Notes: generated from the sequence alone by a model not told the origin. A stretch of DNA of 64,000 bases from Escherichia coli (GCF_022846255.1 NZ_AP025682.1), one strand, 5' to 3'. Positions 9,568 to 22,364 are shown, counted from the stretch's first letter. A program made the numbers and translations.

Positions 9568-11157
9568 TTACATCACCAGACGGCGAATGTCAGACAGCGT
9601 GTTGTTAATGATGGTAATGAAACGGGCACCATCAGCACCGTCGATCACGCGGTGGTCGAAGGAGAGAGAAATCGGCAGCATCAGACGCGGCACGAACTCT
9701 TTACCATTCCACACCGGCTCCATCGCGGACTTGGAAACGCCGAGGATAGCCACTTCCGGCGCGTTCACAATCGGCGCGAAGTGGGTAGTCCCCAGGCCGC
9801 CGATGCTGGAGATGGTGAAGCAACCGCCCTGCATTTCGCCCGCAGTCAGCTTACCGTCACGCGCTTTCTTAGAAATAGTCATCAGCTCGCGAGACAGCTC
9901 GATGATGCCTTTCTTGTTGACGTCTTTGAATACCGGAACAACCAGACCGTTCGGGGTATCCACCGCCACACCGATGTTGATGTATTTCTTCAGGGTCAGA
10001 CGCTGACCGTCTTCCGACAACGAACTGTTGAAGCGAGGCATCTGCTCAAGAGCTGCAGCAACGGCTTTCATGATGAAGACAACTGGGGTTATCTTCACAT
10101 CCAGCTTACGTTTCGCCGCTTCTTCGTTCTGCTGTTTACGGAACGCTTCCAGCTCGGTGATATCGGTTTTGTCGAAGTGGGTAACATGCGGGATCATCAC
10201 CCAGTTACGGCTCAGGTTCGCACCAGAGATTTTCTGGATACGGCCCAGTTCCACTTCTTCGATTTCACCAAACTTGCTGAAGTCCACCTTCGGCCACGGC
10301 AGCATACCTGGGATACCGCCGCCAGTCGCCGCCGGAGCCGCTTCTGCACGTTTGATAGCTTCTTTCACGTAAGCCTGAACGTCTTCGCGCAGGATACGAC
10401 CTTTACGGCCAGTGCCCTTCACTTTCGCCAGGTTAACGCCAAATTCGCGTGCCAGACGGCGGATCAGCGGAGTCGCGTGAACGTAAGCGTCGTTTTCAGC
10501 AAATTCAGATTTGCCTTCGGCTTTCGCAGCCGGAGCTGCTGCTGGAGCTTCAGCTTTTGCTGCCGGAGCCGGCGCTGCCGCTTCCTGTTTCGCAGGAGCT
10601 GCCGCAGGCGCTGCGCCTTCAACTTCGAAGATCATAATCAGCGAGCCAGTTTTCACTTTATCGCCAACGTTGACTTTCAGTTCCTTCACGACGCCTGCAA
10701 ACGGAGCCGGAACTTCCATAGACGCTTTATCGCCTTCTACGGTGATCAGCGACTGTTCAGCTTCAACTTTATCGCCAACTTTCACCAGGATTTCGGTCAC
10801 TTCAACTTCGTCGCTGCCGATATCCGGAACGTTAACGTCTTTTGCCGCTGCAGCCGCTGGAGCTGCTGCCGGAGCGGCTTCTTTCTTCTCTTCTGCCTGA
10901 GCAGGTGCAGCGTCTGCTGCACCGTCGGCGGAATCGAAAATCATAATCAGTGCGCCGGTCTGGGTTTTATCGCCAACAGAGACTTTGATCTCTTTAACGA
11001 TACCCGCCTGCGGAGACGGAACTTCCATAGAGGCTTTGTCGCCTTCTACGGTGATCAGCGACTGTTCGGCTTCAACTTTGTCGCCCACTTTGACCAGGAT
11101 CTCGGTGATTTCAACTTCATCAGCCCCGATGTCCGGTACTTTGATTTCGATAGCCAT
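9568..11157 (-). CDS. aceF: dihydrolipoyllysine-residue acetyltransferase, pyruvate dehydrogenase E2; this allele has two lipoyl domains (529 aa)
   Basis: Full-length ORF; two KASMEV lipoylation motifs, Ala/Pro linkers, E3-binding and catalytic domain ending DHRVIDGA...RRLVM. Confidence 0.95.
   Translation of the reverse strand: MAIEIKVPDIGADEVEITEILVKVGDKVEAEQSLITVEGDKASMEVPSPQAGIVKEIKVSVGDKTQTGALIMIFDSADGAADAAPAQAEEKKEAAPAAAPAAAAAKDVNVPDIGSDEVEVTEILVKVGDKVEAEQSLITVEGDKASMEVPAPFAGVVKELKVNVGDKVKTGSLIMIFEVEGAAPAAAPAKQEAAAPAPAAKAEAPAAAPAAKAEGKSEFAENDAYVHATPLIRRLAREFGVNLAKVKGTGRKGRILREDVQAYVKEAIKRAEAAPAATGGGIPGMLPWPKVDFSKFGEIEEVELGRIQKISGANLSRNWVMIPHVTHFDKTDITELEAFRKQQNEEAAKRKLDVKITPVVFIMKAVAAALEQMPRFNSSLSEDGQRLTLKKYINIGVAVDTPNGLVVPVFKDVNKKGIIELSRELMTISKKARDGKLTAGEMQGGCFTISSIGGLGTTHFAPIVNAPEVAILGVSKSAMEPVWNGKEFVPRLMLPISLSFDHRVIDGADGARFITIINNTLSDIRRLVM
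10667..11150. repeat. intragenic direct repeats (~165 nt each, ~320 nt apart) encoding the AceF lipoyl domains
   Basis: Near-identical blocks around 10667-10832 and 10985-11150 (gtgatcagcgactgttc...ggcttcaactt...). Confidence 0.8.
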
Positions 11158-11171
11158 TATTCTTTTACCTC

Positions 11172-13835
11172 TTACGCCAGACGCGGGTTAACTTTATCTG
11201 CATCGATGTTGAATTTGGCGATTGCGTCAGCAACCACTTTCTTATCGATTTCGCCACGTTTAGCCAGTTCGCCCAGCGCCGCAACCACGACATAAGAAGC
11301 ATCAACTTCAAAGTGGTGACGCAGGTTCTCACGGCTGTCGGAACGACCGAAGCCATCAGTACCCAGTACGCGGTAGTCGTCAGCCGGTACGTAAGTACGG
11401 ACCTGCTCAGCGAACAGTTTCATATAGTCGGTAGATGCCACTGCCGGAGCGTCGTTCATCACCTGAGCGATATACGGAACGCGCGGAGTTTCCAGCGGGT
11501 GCAGCATGTTCCAGCGTTCACAATCCTGACCATCACGCGCCAGTTCGGTGAAGGAAGTCACGCTATAAACGTCAGAACCTACGCCGAAATCTTTCGCCAG
11601 GATCTCAGCTGCTTCACGGACGTGACGCAGGATAGAACCGGAGCCGAGCAGCTGAACTTTACCTTTGCTACCTTCAATGGTTTCGAGTTTGTAGATACCT
11701 TTACGGATACCTTCCTCAGCACCTTCCGGCATTGCCGGCATGTGGTAGTTTTCGTTCAGCGTAGTGATGTAGTAGTAAACGTTCTCTTGTTTTTCACCGT
11801 ACATACGCTCCAGACCGTCATGCATGATGACAGCAACTTCGTAAGCGTAAGCAGGGTCGTAAGAGATACAGTTCGGGATAGTCAGCGACTGAATGTGGCT
11901 GTGGCCATCTTCGTGCTGCAGACCTTCACCGTTCAGGGTGGTACGACCGGAAGTACCGCCGATCAGGAAGCCACGCGCTTGCTGGTCGCCAGCCGCCCAG
12001 CACAGATCGCCGATACGCTGGAAGCCGAACATCGAGTAATAGATGTAGAACGGAATCATCGGCAGATTGTTGGTGCTGTAAGAGGTCGCCGCTGCCAGCC
12101 AGGAACAACCTGCGCCCAGCTCGTTGATCCCTTCCTGCAGAATCTGACCTTTCTCGTCTTCTTTATAGTAAGCAACCTGCTCGCGGTCCTGCGGGGTGTA
12201 CTGCTGACCGTTCGGGCTGTAAATACCAATCTGACGGAACAGACCTTCCATACCGAAAGTACGCGCTTCGTCGGCGATGATCGGTACCAGACGATCTTTG
12301 ATCGACTTGTTCTTCAGCATTACGTTCAGGGCACGAACGAAAGCGATAGTGGTAGAGATCTCTTTGCTCTGCTCTTCCAGCAGCGCGCCGAAGTCTTGCA
12401 GGCTCGGCAGCTCAAGCTTCTCGGTGAAGTTCGGCTGACGGCTTGGCAGATAACCGTGCAGTTTCTGACGCTGAGCGTGCAGATAGGTATGCTCTTCAGA
12501 ACCTTCCGGGAAGGTGATGTACGGCAGTTTTTCGATATCGGCATCAGACACCGGCACATTGAAACGGTCGCGGATGTGACGCACGCCGTCCATGTTCATT
12601 TTCTTAACCTGGTGCGCGATGTTTTTACCTTCAGCCGCGTCGCCCATGCCGTAACCTTTAATGGTATGAGCAAGGATTACCGTCGCTTTGCCTTTGGTTT
12701 CCTGCGCTTTCTTGAATGCAGCGTAGATTTTCTTCGGATCGTGACCGCCACGGTTCAGCGCCCAGATCTGCTCGTCAGTCCAGTCTGCAACCAGAGCTGC
12801 GGTTTCCGGATATTTACCGAAGAAGTGTTCACGAACGTACGCACCATCTTTCGATTTGAAGGTCTGGTAGTCGCCGTCAACGGTTTCGTTCATCAGCTGG
12901 ATCAGTTTACCGCTGGTATCTTTACGCAGCAGTTCATCCCAACGGCTACCCCACATCACTTTGATCACGTTCCAGCCAGCACCTTCGAAGATGCCTTCCA
13001 GTTCGTTGATGATCTTGCCGTTACCGGTGACCGGGCCGTCAAGACGCTGCAGGTTACAGTTGATAACGAAGACCAGGTTATCCAGTTTTTCACGGGTAGC
13101 GATGGTGATCGCACCTTTGGATTCCGGTTCGTCCATTTCACCGTCGCCGAGGAACGCGTAAACGGTTTGTTTAGAGGTATCTTTCAGGCCACGGTGTTCC
13201 AGATATTTCAGGAACTTAGCCTGGTAAATAGCACCAATCGGACCCAGCCCCATAGATACGGTCGGGAACTGCCAGAATTCCGGCATCAGTTTCGGGTGCG
13301 GATAGGAAGAGAGGCCATTGCCGTGAACTTCCTGACGGAAGTTATCCAGCTGCTCCTGAGTCAGACGACCTTCCAGGAAAGCACGAGCGTAAACGCCTGG
13401 GGAGATGTGGCCCTGGAAGTAAACCAGGTCGCCGCCATCCTGCTCGTTGCGTGCACGGAAGAAGTGGTTAAAGCACACATCATAAATGGTTGCGGAAGAC
13501 TGGAAGGACGCCATGTGGCCGCCCAGTTCGAGGTCTTTTTTCGACGCACGCAGAACCGTCATGATGGCGTTCCAGCGGATAGCTGAACGAATACGGCGTT
13601 CCAGTTCCAGATTACCCGGATACTCCGGTTGTTCTTCAACGGGGATGGTGTTGATGTAGTTGCTGATACCGGTGCCTGCGGCTACGTTGACACCGCCTTT
13701 GCGGGCTTCAGCAAGCAGTTGGTCGATCAGATACTGAGCACGCTCAACACCTTCTTCACGGATGACCGATTCGATCGCCTGGAGCCAGTCGCGAGTTTCG
13801 ATCGGATCCACGTCATTTGGGAAACGTTCTGACAT
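11172..13835 (-). CDS. aceE: pyruvate dehydrogenase E1 component (887 aa)
   Basis: Full-length [27 protein letters not shown]...; 14 nt upstream of aceF. Confidence 0.97.
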   Translation of the reverse strand: MSERFPNDVDPIETRDWLQAIESVIREEGVERAQYLIDQLLAEARKGGVNVAAGTGISNYINTIPVEEQPEYPGNLELERRIRSAIRWNAIMTVLRASKKDLELGGHMASFQSSATIYDVCFNHFFRARNEQDGGDLVYFQGHISPGVYARAFLEGRLTQEQLDNFRQEVHGNGLSSYPHPKLMPEFWQFPTVSMGLGPIGAIYQAKFLKYLEHRGLKDTSKQTVYAFLGDGEMDEPESKGAITIATREKLDNLVFVINCNLQRLDGPVTGNGKIINELEGIFEGAGWNVIKVMWGSRWDELLRKDTSGKLIQLMNETVDGDYQTFKSKDGAYVREHFFGKYPETAALVADWTDEQIWALNRGGHDPKKIYAAFKKAQETKGKATVILAHTIKGYGMGDAAEGKNIAHQVKKMNMDGVRHIRDRFNVPVSDADIEKLPYITFPEGSEEHTYLHAQRQKLHGYLPSRQPNFTEKLELPSLQDFGALLEEQSKEISTTIAFVRALNVMLKNKSIKDRLVPIIADEARTFGMEGLFRQIGIYSPNGQQYTPQDREQVAYYKEDEKGQILQEGINELGAGCSWLAAATSYSTNNLPMIPFYIYYSMFGFQRIGDLCWAAGDQQARGFLIGGTSGRTTLNGEGLQHEDGHSHIQSLTIPNCISYDPAYAYEVAVIMHDGLERMYGEKQENVYYYITTLNENYHMPAMPEGAEEGIRKGIYKLETIEGSKGKVQLLGSGSILRHVREAAEILAKDFGVGSDVYSVTSFTELARDGQDCERWNMLHPLETPRVPYIAQVMNDAPAVASTDYMKLFAEQVRTYVPADDYRVLGTDGFGRSDSRENLRHHFEVDASYVVVAALGELAKRGEIDKKVVADAIAKFNIDADKVNPRLA

Positions 13836-13995
13836 GGGTTATTCCTTATCTATCTAATAACGTTGAGTTTTCTGGAACCTGTCCCATTGAACTCTCACCG
13901 GAAAGCTCAATAAGACAGGTTCTACGTTTAGTTGCCGCGCTTTTATATGCGCTTGATTTACAACATCTTCTGGATAATTTTTACCAGAAAAATCA

Positions 13996-14760
13996 CTAAT
14001 TCTTTCGTTGCTCCAGACGACGCAGAGAACGCTCACGGCGGCTCTCTTCACGGCTTCTGTCGAGCAAAATTTCTTCGATAAAGGCCAGATGGCGATGCGA
14101 TGCTTCGCGCGCTTCTTCCGGCTTACCGGCCATAATCGCTTCAAATATACGGGTGCGGTGACTACTCACCAGCGGCAGCATCTCGCGACGCGAATAGAGC
14201 AATTCGAAGTTCTGGCGGACATTCTGGGCCAACATCGGCTCCATACACCTTAGCAGATGAAGCAGAACCACATTGTGGGCCGCTTCGGTGACGGCAATCT
14301 GATACTGGAGTACGGCGTTTGATTCCGCGTCCAGATCGCCAGACTGCTGCGCCAGCTCTATAGCGTGGTGGAGTTCACGGATGCGTTCCTTGTCTTCATC
14401 GGTACTACGCAGCGCGGCGTAATAAGCGGCGATACCTTCCAGGGCGTGTCGTGTTTCGAGCAAGTCATACTGTGATTCAGGATGGTCGGAGAGCAGCTCC
14501 ACCAGCGGATCGCTGAAGCTTTGCCATAGGCTGCTCTGGACAAAAGTGCCGCCACCCTGGCGACGAAGCAACAAGCCCTTCGCTTCGAGACGTTGAATCG
14601 CCTCACGCAATGAGGGACGGGAGACGTCAAACTGTTTTGCCAGTTCGCGTTCCGGTGGGAGTTTTTCGCCCGGGCGGAGAGTGCCTTCGAGGATCAAAAA
14701 CTCCAGTTGCTGCTCAATCACATCGGAGAGTTTTGGTTGGCGGATTTTGCTGTAGGCCAT
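13996..14760 (-). CDS. pdhR: GntR-family pyruvate-responsive repressor PdhR (254 aa)
   Basis: [29 protein letters not shown]... with N-terminal HTH; track ORF extended by 11 codons. Confidence 0.95.
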
Positions 14761-14791
14761 GAGTTCCTGTCTTAAGCCACTTGCCGAAGTC

Positions 14792-14808
14792 AATTGGTCT
14801 TACCAATT
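14792..14808. promoter_or_regulatory. PdhR operator (AATTGGT-N3-ACCAATT) in the pdhR promoter
   Basis: Perfect dyad aattggtcttaccaatt seen ~30 bp upstream of pdhR start. Confidence 0.8.
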
Positions 14809-15213
14809 TCATGTCTGTGACGCTAAAGTAACAAAGTATTCACCTTATGTCCATACATGTTTTGATTGAAATCATGAAACTGTGCACATTTTAACAACTT
14901 GACATATATAACGTTTCAAAGTTGTAACTATGCACAAATGTAGACTTTACGTAGGAAAGGGATTTTTTAACGATTATTAAACTATAAAAATCCGAATTGA
15001 ACCGATTCACTTACCAATTTTGTGATTTTTAATTCAATTAAAACGAATTTAAATTCATTCTGCATATTGAGAGGGGTTGAGGCTGAGCTTTACAAACGGT
15101 TTCTTTTTAAGCAACTCATCTTCAACCATGCATAAAGCGGGTGCATTCGCTGTCGCATACCATTATTCTTGATCTGACGGAAGTCTTTTTGTAACAATTC
15201 AAACTTCTTTGAT

Positions 15214-15231
15214 GTAAACAAATTAATACAA
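15214..15231. promoter_or_regulatory. putative TyrR box upstream of aroP
   Basis: tgtaaacaaattaataca resembles TGTAAA-N6-TTTACA (4/6 match in the right half); aroP is a known TyrR-regulon member. Confidence 0.35.
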
Positions 15232-15300
15232 CAAACGGAATTGCAAACTTACACACGCATCACTGCGTAGATCAAAAAAACAATCACCGCACGAGGTTTC

Positions 15301-16674
15301 ATGATGGAAGGTCAACAGCACGGCGAGCAGCTAAAGCGCGGCCTTAAAAACCGCCATATTCAGCTTATCGCGCTGGGTGGCGCGATAGGGACCGGGTTAT
15401 TCCTGGGTAGCGCCTCCGTAATACAGTCCGCAGGGCCAGGGATTATCCTGGGTTACGCCATTGCTGGTTTTATCGCCTTTCTGATCATGCGTCAGCTGGG
15501 TGAAATGGTGGTCGAAGAACCTGTCGCAGGCTCCTTTAGCCACTTTGCTTATAAATACTGGGGCAGTTTTGCCGGTTTCGCCTCTGGCTGGAACTACTGG
15601 GTACTGTACGTTTTAGTTGCCATGGCAGAGCTGACTGCCGTGGGTAAATACATTCAGTTCTGGTATCCGGAAATCCCAACCTGGGTTTCTGCCGCCGTGT
15701 TCTTTGTGGTGATCAACGCCATCAACCTGACAAACGTAAAAGTGTTTGGCGAGATGGAGTTCTGGTTTGCCATTATCAAAGTTATCGCGGTGGTAGCGAT
15801 GATCATCTTCGGCGCCTGGCTGCTATTCAGCGGCAACGGCGGCCCGCAGGCGAGCGTTAGCAACCTGTGGGATCAGGGTGGTTTCCTGCCACACGGCTTC
15901 ACCGGTCTGGTGATGATGATGGCGATTATCATGTTCTCTTTCGGTGGTCTGGAACTGGTGGGGATCACCGCAGCAGAAGCTGATAACCCGGAGCAAAGTA
16001 TCCCAAAAGCAACTAACCAGGTTATCTACCGCATCCTGATTTTCTATATTGGTTCGTTAGCCGTTCTGCTCTCACTAATGCCGTGGACCCGCGTTACCGC
16101 CGATACCAGTCCGTTTGTGCTGATCTTCCACGAGTTAGGCGATACCTTTGTAGCGAATGCGCTGAATATCGTGGTACTGACTGCTGCGCTCTCCGTGTAC
16201 AACAGCTGCGTATATTGCAACAGCCGTATGCTGTTCGGTCTGGCACAACAAGGGAACGCGCCAAAAGCGCTGGCGTCTGTCGATAAACGCGGCGTACCGG
16301 TTAACACTATTCTGGTGTCTGCGCTGGTTACGGCATTGTGCGTACTGATTAACTACCTTGCCCCAGAGTCCGCTTTCGGACTGTTAATGGCGCTGGTGGT
16401 ATCTGCACTGGTCATCAACTGGGCGATGATCAGTCTGGCGCATATGAAATTCCGTCGTGCCAAACAAGAACAAGGCGTGGTAACTCGCTTCCCTGCCCTG
16501 CTTTATCCGCTGGGTAACTGGATCTGCCTGCTGTTTATGGCGGCGGTACTGGTGATTATGCTGATGACCCCAGGAATGGCGATTTCGGTATACCTGATCC
16601 CGGTATGGCTGATCGTGTTAGGTATCGGCTATCTGTTTAAAGAGAAAACCGCCAAAGCCGTAAAAGCGCATTAA
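15301..16674 (+). CDS. aroP: aromatic amino acid:H+ symporter (457 aa)
   Basis: Full-length APC-family permease ORF matching AroP. Confidence 0.95.
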   Translation: MMEGQQHGEQLKRGLKNRHIQLIALGGAIGTGLFLGSASVIQSAGPGIILGYAIAGFIAFLIMRQLGEMVVEEPVAGSFSHFAYKYWGSFAGFASGWNYWVLYVLVAMAELTAVGKYIQFWYPEIPTWVSAAVFFVVINAINLTNVKVFGEMEFWFAIIKVIAVVAMIIFGAWLLFSGNGGPQASVSNLWDQGGFLPHGFTGLVMMMAIIMFSFGGLELVGITAAEADNPEQSIPKATNQVIYRILIFYIGSLAVLLSLMPWTRVTADTSPFVLIFHELGDTFVANALNIVVLTAALSVYNSCVYCNSRMLFGLAQQGNAPKALASVDKRGVPVNTILVSALVTALCVLINYLAPESAFGLLMALVVSALVINWAMISLAHMKFRRAKQEQGVVTRFPALLYPLGNWICLLFMAAVLVIMLMTPGMAISVYLIPVWLIVLGIGYLFKEKTAKAVKAH

Positions 16675-16683
16675 TCTCTCTAC

Positions 16684-16709
16684 GCCCTCACCCGTGCAGG
16701 GTGAGGGCA
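16684..16709. terminator. hairpin terminator between convergent aroP and ampE
   Basis: Inverted repeat gccctcaccc / gggtgagggc with 5-nt loop. Confidence 0.65.
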
Positions 16710-16716
16710 ATAATCT

Positions 16717-17571
16717 TTACACCAACGCCCCGTAAATCGTCAGTAGCGCAATTACCACCACGACCACGAACGAGGTTTTCTTCGCCATTGAAACCGCTGC
16801 CTTTGGCGTCTCCACCTTATCGACATGCGGTTCACGCGCCAGAGAGAACTGTGCCAGACGCGTTAATACCTGATATTGCGAAGTATGGAAATCACCCAGC
16901 GAAGCAAACCAGGCCGGTAACGCTTTCTCACCATGACCGATCAAGGCATATACCACACCCGCAAGACGAACCGGCACCCAATCCAGTACATGAAGCACGC
17001 CATCAATGCCGGACTGTAAACGATGATGCGGCGTCTGGTATCGCGCCAGCCAGTATTGCCATGCACGCAAAAACGCATACCCCATCAGCGTAACGGGTCC
17101 CCAGGTTCCCCCCACAATCAGCCAGAACAGCGGAGCAAGATAAAAACGAAAGTTAATCCACAGCAATGCATTTTGCAGCTCACGCAAATACTCACGTTCA
17201 TCGCAGCCTGCCGGGACGCCGTGAATCATGGTGAGTTCGCCAGCCATCGTGGCACGGGCATGGCTATCATTACGTGAAGCAGCTGTCAGATAAGCATGAT
17301 AATGAAGACGAACTTTACCTGCGCCAATACACAGCAAACCAATCAGCAGCCACACCAGCAGCGTGGGAACGTTGAACAATACTCCCTGCAATGCGCGTAA
17401 CAGTAAAAAAGTCACGCCCATCGCAATAATGGTCATGCCTAATGTGCGCCCGAGAGAAAAATGTTTCACCCGCCGAAAGAACGCTTCAAGACGATGATCA
17501 AGCTGCCAGTGCTCGCCCAACTTAAACAGGCGCTCGAAAATTAACACCAGTAAGGTTGTAAATAGCGTCAT
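16717..17571 (-). CDS. ampE: inner-membrane protein AmpE (284 aa)
   Basis: [26 protein letters not shown]...; overlaps the ampD stop by 4 nt. Confidence 0.92.
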   Translation of the reverse strand: MTLFTTLLVLIFERLFKLGEHWQLDHRLEAFFRRVKHFSLGRTLGMTIIAMGVTFLLLRALQGVLFNVPTLLVWLLIGLLCIGAGKVRLHYHAYLTAASRNDSHARATMAGELTMIHGVPAGCDEREYLRELQNALLWINFRFYLAPLFWLIVGGTWGPVTLMGYAFLRAWQYWLARYQTPHHRLQSGIDGVLHVLDWVPVRLAGVVYALIGHGEKALPAWFASLGDFHTSQYQVLTRLAQFSLAREPHVDKVETPKAAVSMAKKTSFVVVVVIALLTIYGALV

Positions 17572-18119
17572 GTTGTCTCCTTGCTGACCAGTGCACGAAA
17601 CCGTGCCCAATCAAATGCAGGGCCGGGATCGGTTTTCCGATCCGGCGCAATATCACAATGGCCCGTCATGTTATTAGCGATATCTGGATAGCGATCAATC
17701 AGTGCCCGCGTAACCGCCGCAAGCTGTTGATACTGCGCATCGGTATACGCCAGCGTATCGGTGCCTTCCAGCTCAATCCCAATAGAAAAATCATTGCAGC
17801 GTTCACGCCCCTGATACTGAGAGACTCCCGCATGCCAGGCACGTTTATCGAAAGGAACATACTGGACTATTTCACCATCACGGCGAATCAAACAGTGAGC
17901 GGAGACGCGCAAATGGGCGATCTCAGCAAAGAAAGGATGTGCCTGCGGATCAATAGTTCCAGTGAATAATGCGTCGATCCACGGACCGCCAAACTCGCCT
18001 GGCGGCAGGCTAATATTGTGCACCACCAGCAGGGTGGGTGTTTCGTCATCCGGGCGGCAATCGTAATGTGGTGAGGGAACGCGGCGCGCGCCAACCAGCC
18101 ACCCCTGTTCTAACAACAT
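17568..18119 (-). CDS. ampD: 1,6-anhydro-N-acetylmuramyl-L-alanine amidase AmpD (183 aa)
   Basis: Full-length ORF matching AmpD. Confidence 0.95.
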   Translation of the reverse strand: MLLEQGWLVGARRVPSPHYDCRPDDETPTLLVVHNISLPPGEFGGPWIDALFTGTIDPQAHPFFAEIAHLRVSAHCLIRRDGEIVQYVPFDKRAWHAGVSQYQGRERCNDFSIGIELEGTDTLAYTDAQYQQLAAVTRALIDRYPDIANNMTGHCDIAPDRKTDPGPAFDWARFRALVSKETT

Positions 18120-18146
18120 GCAGGATCTCCTTATATGTGGTGCTAA

Positions 18147-19100
<954 letters not shown>

Positions 19101-19302
19101 TTGCTGACAGATTTATCCGCTCCATCGCGGGCGGATAATCTCCCCTTTCCCAACTTTCTTCGTAACGCCTCGCAAATTTCTTGTCTTTCGCTGCAACGTA
19201 ATAAAAAACTCCGGAAGCTGCTTTCCCGTTTCGTTTTTTGCCCCTCGCTTGTGCTGATGGCGTTTGCCAAAGTAGCGCCAACCAAATCAAGGAGCGAAAC
19301 AA

Positions 19303-19743
19303 ATGGACAAGCAACGCGGTTTTACACTTATCGAACTGATGGTGGTTATTGGCATCATTGCCATTTTAAGCGCCATTGGTATTCCCGCTTATCAAAACTA
19401 CCTGCGCAAAGCCGCACTCACCGACATGCTACAAACCTTTGTGCCTTACCGTACCGCCGTAGAGTTGTGCGCGCTGGAACATGGTGGATTAAATACCTGC
19501 GACGGTGGCAGCAATGGCATTCCTTCGCCTACCACCACCCGCTATGTTTCAGCCATGAGTGTGGCAAAGGGCGTGGTGTCGCTGACCGGGCAAGAAAGTC
19601 TCAATGGGCTAAGCGTCGTCATGACACCGGGTTGGGATAACGCAAACGGCGTCACCGGCTGGACGCGTAACTGCAATATTCAAAGTGACAGCGCATTGCA
19701 GCAAGCCTGCGAAGATGTCTTCCGCTTTGATGACGCCAACTAA
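19303..19743 (+). CDS. ppdD: type IV prepilin PpdD (146 aa)
   Basis: N-terminal prepilin leader and cleavage motif MDKQRGFTLIELMVVIGIIAILSAIGIP. Confidence 0.93.
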   Translation: MDKQRGFTLIELMVVIGIIAILSAIGIPAYQNYLRKAALTDMLQTFVPYRTAVELCALEHGGLNTCDGGSNGIPSPTTTRYVSAMSVAKGVVSLTGQESLNGLSVVMTPGWDNANGVTGWTRNCNIQSDSALQQACEDVFRFDDAN

Positions 19744-19752
19744 GGAGCGGCA

Positions 19753-21138
19753 ATGAATATTCCACAGCTCACCGCCCTGTGTCTGCGTTATCAGGGAGTC
19801 TTGCTGGATGCCAGCGAAGAGGTGGTTCATGTTGCGGTAGTCGATGCACCTTCGCATGAGCTACTGGACGCATTGCATTTCGCTACCACCAAACGTATTG
19901 AGATCACCTTCTGGACGCGCCAACAAATGGAAGGTCACGCCAGTCGCACACAACAGACATTGCCCGTAGCTGTTCAGGAGAAGCATCAGCCCAAAGCAGA
20001 GTTGCTGACTCGAACGTTACAATCTGCGCTAGAACAACGCGCGTCTGATATTCATATCGAACCAGCGGACAATGCCTACCGCATCCGCTTGCGTATCGAC
20101 GGCGTATTGCATCCTTTACCGGACGTTTCACCGGATGCCGGAGTCGCATTAACCGCCAGATTAAAAGTGCTGGGAAACCTGGATATTGCGGAACATCGCC
20201 TGCCGCAGGACGGGCAATTCACTGTCGAACTGGCAGGAAACGCCGTCTCATTTCGTATTGCGACCTTAGCATGTCGGGGTGGTGAAAAGGTGGTATTAAG
20301 GTTGTTACAGCAGGTGAACCAGGCACTGGATGTTAACACGCTTGGAATGCAGCCGTCACAACTGGTGGACTTTGCTCATGCCTTGCAACAACCACAGGGA
20401 CTGGTGCTGGTAACTGGCCCTACAGGCAGCGGCAAAACGGTCACGCTTTATAGTGCCCTGCAAATGCTGAATACCGCTGACATTAATATTTGTAGCGTCG
20501 AAGATCCGGTTGAGATCCCCATAGCCGGACTAAACCAGACGCAAATCCATCCGCGTGCCGGACTCACCTTTCAGGGCGTTTTACGTGCGTTATTGCGCCA
20601 GGATCCTGACGTCATTATGATCGGAGAGATCCGCGATGGCGAAACGGCAGAAATTGCCATTAACGCCGCACAAACGGGTCATCTGGTATTGTCCACCCTA
20701 CACACCAACTCCACCTGCGAAACGCTGGTACGTTTACAGCAAATGGGAGTCGCCCGCTGGATGCTCTCATCAGCGCTTACGCTGGTAATAGCCCAGCGTC
20801 TGGTACGCAAACTTTGCCCACATTGTCGCCGACAGCAAGGGGAGCCAATCCATATTCCAGACAATGTATGGCCGTCGCCGCTGCCCCGCTGGCAAGCACC
20901 CGGTTGTGTACATTGCTACCACGGTTTTTATGGTCGCACGGCCTTATTTGAAGTTCTGCCCATAACACCGGTCATACGTCAGCTTATTTCCGCTAATACC
21001 GACGTTGAATCGCTGGAAACGCACGCCCGACAGGCGGGTATGCGAACGCTTTTTGAAAACGGCTGTCTGGCCGTGGAGCAAGGCTTAACCACCTTTGAAG
21101 AGTTAATCCGCGTATTGGGGATGCCGCATGGCGAGTAA
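19753..21138 (+). CDS. hofB: type IV pilus assembly ATPase HofB (461 aa)
   Basis: GspE/PilB-family ORF with Walker A GPTGSGKT and C-terminal CxxC pairs. Confidence 0.93.
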   Translation: MNIPQLTALCLRYQGVLLDASEEVVHVAVVDAPSHELLDALHFATTKRIEITFWTRQQMEGHASRTQQTLPVAVQEKHQPKAELLTRTLQSALEQRASDIHIEPADNAYRIRLRIDGVLHPLPDVSPDAGVALTARLKVLGNLDIAEHRLPQDGQFTVELAGNAVSFRIATLACRGGEKVVLRLLQQVNQALDVNTLGMQPSQLVDFAHALQQPQGLVLVTGPTGSGKTVTLYSALQMLNTADINICSVEDPVEIPIAGLNQTQIHPRAGLTFQGVLRALLRQDPDVIMIGEIRDGETAEIAINAAQTGHLVLSTLHTNSTCETLVRLQQMGVARWMLSSALTLVIAQRLVRKLCPHCRRQQGEPIHIPDNVWPSPLPRWQAPGCVHCYHGFYGRTALFEVLPITPVIRQLISANTDVESLETHARQAGMRTLFENGCLAVEQGLTTFEELIRVLGMPHGE

Positions 21139-22330
21139 GCAACTCTGGCGCTGGCGTGGCATAACCGGCGACGGCAATGCGCAAGATGGGATGCTATGGG
21201 CAGAGAGCCGTGCTTTGCTGCTTATGGCACTACAGCAACAGATGGTTACCCCACTAAGCCTGAAGCGAATCGCCATCAATTCTGCGCAGTGGCGAGGAGA
21301 TAAAAGCGCGGAAGTCATTCATCAACTGGCGACGCTACTCAAAGCCGGGTTAACGCTTTCTGAAGGGCTGGCACTGCTGGCGGAACAGCATCCCTGTAAG
21401 CAATGGCAAGCGTTGCTGCAATCGCTGGCACACGATCTCGAACAGGGCATTGCCTTTTCCAATGCCTTATTACCCTGGTCAGAGGTATTTCCGCCGCTCT
21501 ATCAGGCGATGATCCGCACGGGTGAACTGACCGGTAAGCTGGATGAATGCTGCTTTGAACTGGCGCGTCAACAAAAAGCCCAGCGTCAGTTGACCGACAA
21601 AGTGAAATCAGCGTTACGTTATCCCATTATCATTTTAGCGATGGCAATCATGGTGGTTGTGGCAATGCTGCATTTTGTTCTGCCGGAGTTTGCCGCTATC
21701 TATAAGACCTTTAACACTCCGCTACCGGCGCTAACGCAGGGGATCATGACGCTGGCAAGCTTTAGTGGCGAATGGGGTTGGTTGCTGGTGCTATTCGGCT
21801 TTCTGCTGGCGATAGCCAATAAGCTGCTGATGCGCCACCCAACCAGGCTTATCGCACGGCAGAAATTGCTGTTACGCATCCCGATTATGGGTTCACTGAT
21901 GCGGGGACAAAAACTCACGCAGATCTTTACGATTCTGACGCTGACACAAAGTGCAGGCATTTCTTTTTTACAGGGCGTTGAGAGCGTCAGAGAAACAATG
22001 CGCTGCCCGTACTGGGTGCAACTTCTGACACAAATCCAGCACGATATCAGTAACGGTCACTCCATCTGGCTGGCGCTAAAAAATGCCGGTGAGTTTAGCC
22101 CGCTCTGTTTGCAATTAGTGAGAACAGGAGAGGCATCCGGCTCGCTGGATCTCATGTTAGACAACCTCGCCCATCATCATCGGGATAACACAATGGCGCT
22201 GGCGGATAACCTCGCAGCCTTACTGGAACCGGCGTTGCTGATCATAACGGGAGGAATTATCGGTACGCTGGTGGTGGCAATGTATCTGCCAATTTTCCAT
22301 TTAGGCGATGCGATGAGTGGAATGGGATAA
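21128..22330 (+). CDS. hofC: type IV pilus platform protein HofC (400 aa)
   Basis: GspF/PilC-family polytopic membrane ORF, overlaps hofB by 11 nt. Confidence 0.93.
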   Translation: MASKQLWRWRGITGDGNAQDGMLWAESRALLLMALQQQMVTPLSLKRIAINSAQWRGDKSAEVIHQLATLLKAGLTLSEGLALLAEQHPCKQWQALLQSLAHDLEQGIAFSNALLPWSEVFPPLYQAMIRTGELTGKLDECCFELARQQKAQRQLTDKVKSALRYPIIILAMAIMVVVAMLHFVLPEFAAIYKTFNTPLPALTQGIMTLASFSGEWGWLLVLFGFLLAIANKLLMRHPTRLIARQKLLLRIPIMGSLMRGQKLTQIFTILTLTQSAGISFLQGVESVRETMRCPYWVQLLTQIQHDISNGHSIWLALKNAGEFSPLCLQLVRTGEASGSLDLMLDNLAHHHRDNTMALADNLAALLEPALLIITGGIIGTLVVAMYLPIFHLGDAMSGMG

Positions 22331-22356
22331 CGCTGGCGTGTTGCTCCACGCCAGCG
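22331..22356. terminator. bidirectional terminator hairpin between convergent hofC and guaC
   Basis: cgctggcgtg / cacgccagcg inverted repeat filling most of the 34-nt gap. Confidence 0.65.
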
Positions 22357-22364
22357 TTGGTATA

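Noticed and set aside
10500-11160. Direct repeats with Ala/Pro-rich spacers that at first glance resemble a repeat array
   Set aside because: They are in-frame coding repeats for lipoyl domains and linkers of AceF, not CRISPR or a mobile element.
11313-13586. 757-aa plus-strand ORF, and the 590-aa ORF at 9523..11295
   Set aside because: Antisense to aceE and aceF respectively; no recognisable domains, no RBS context; the minus-strand genes are full-length PDH components.
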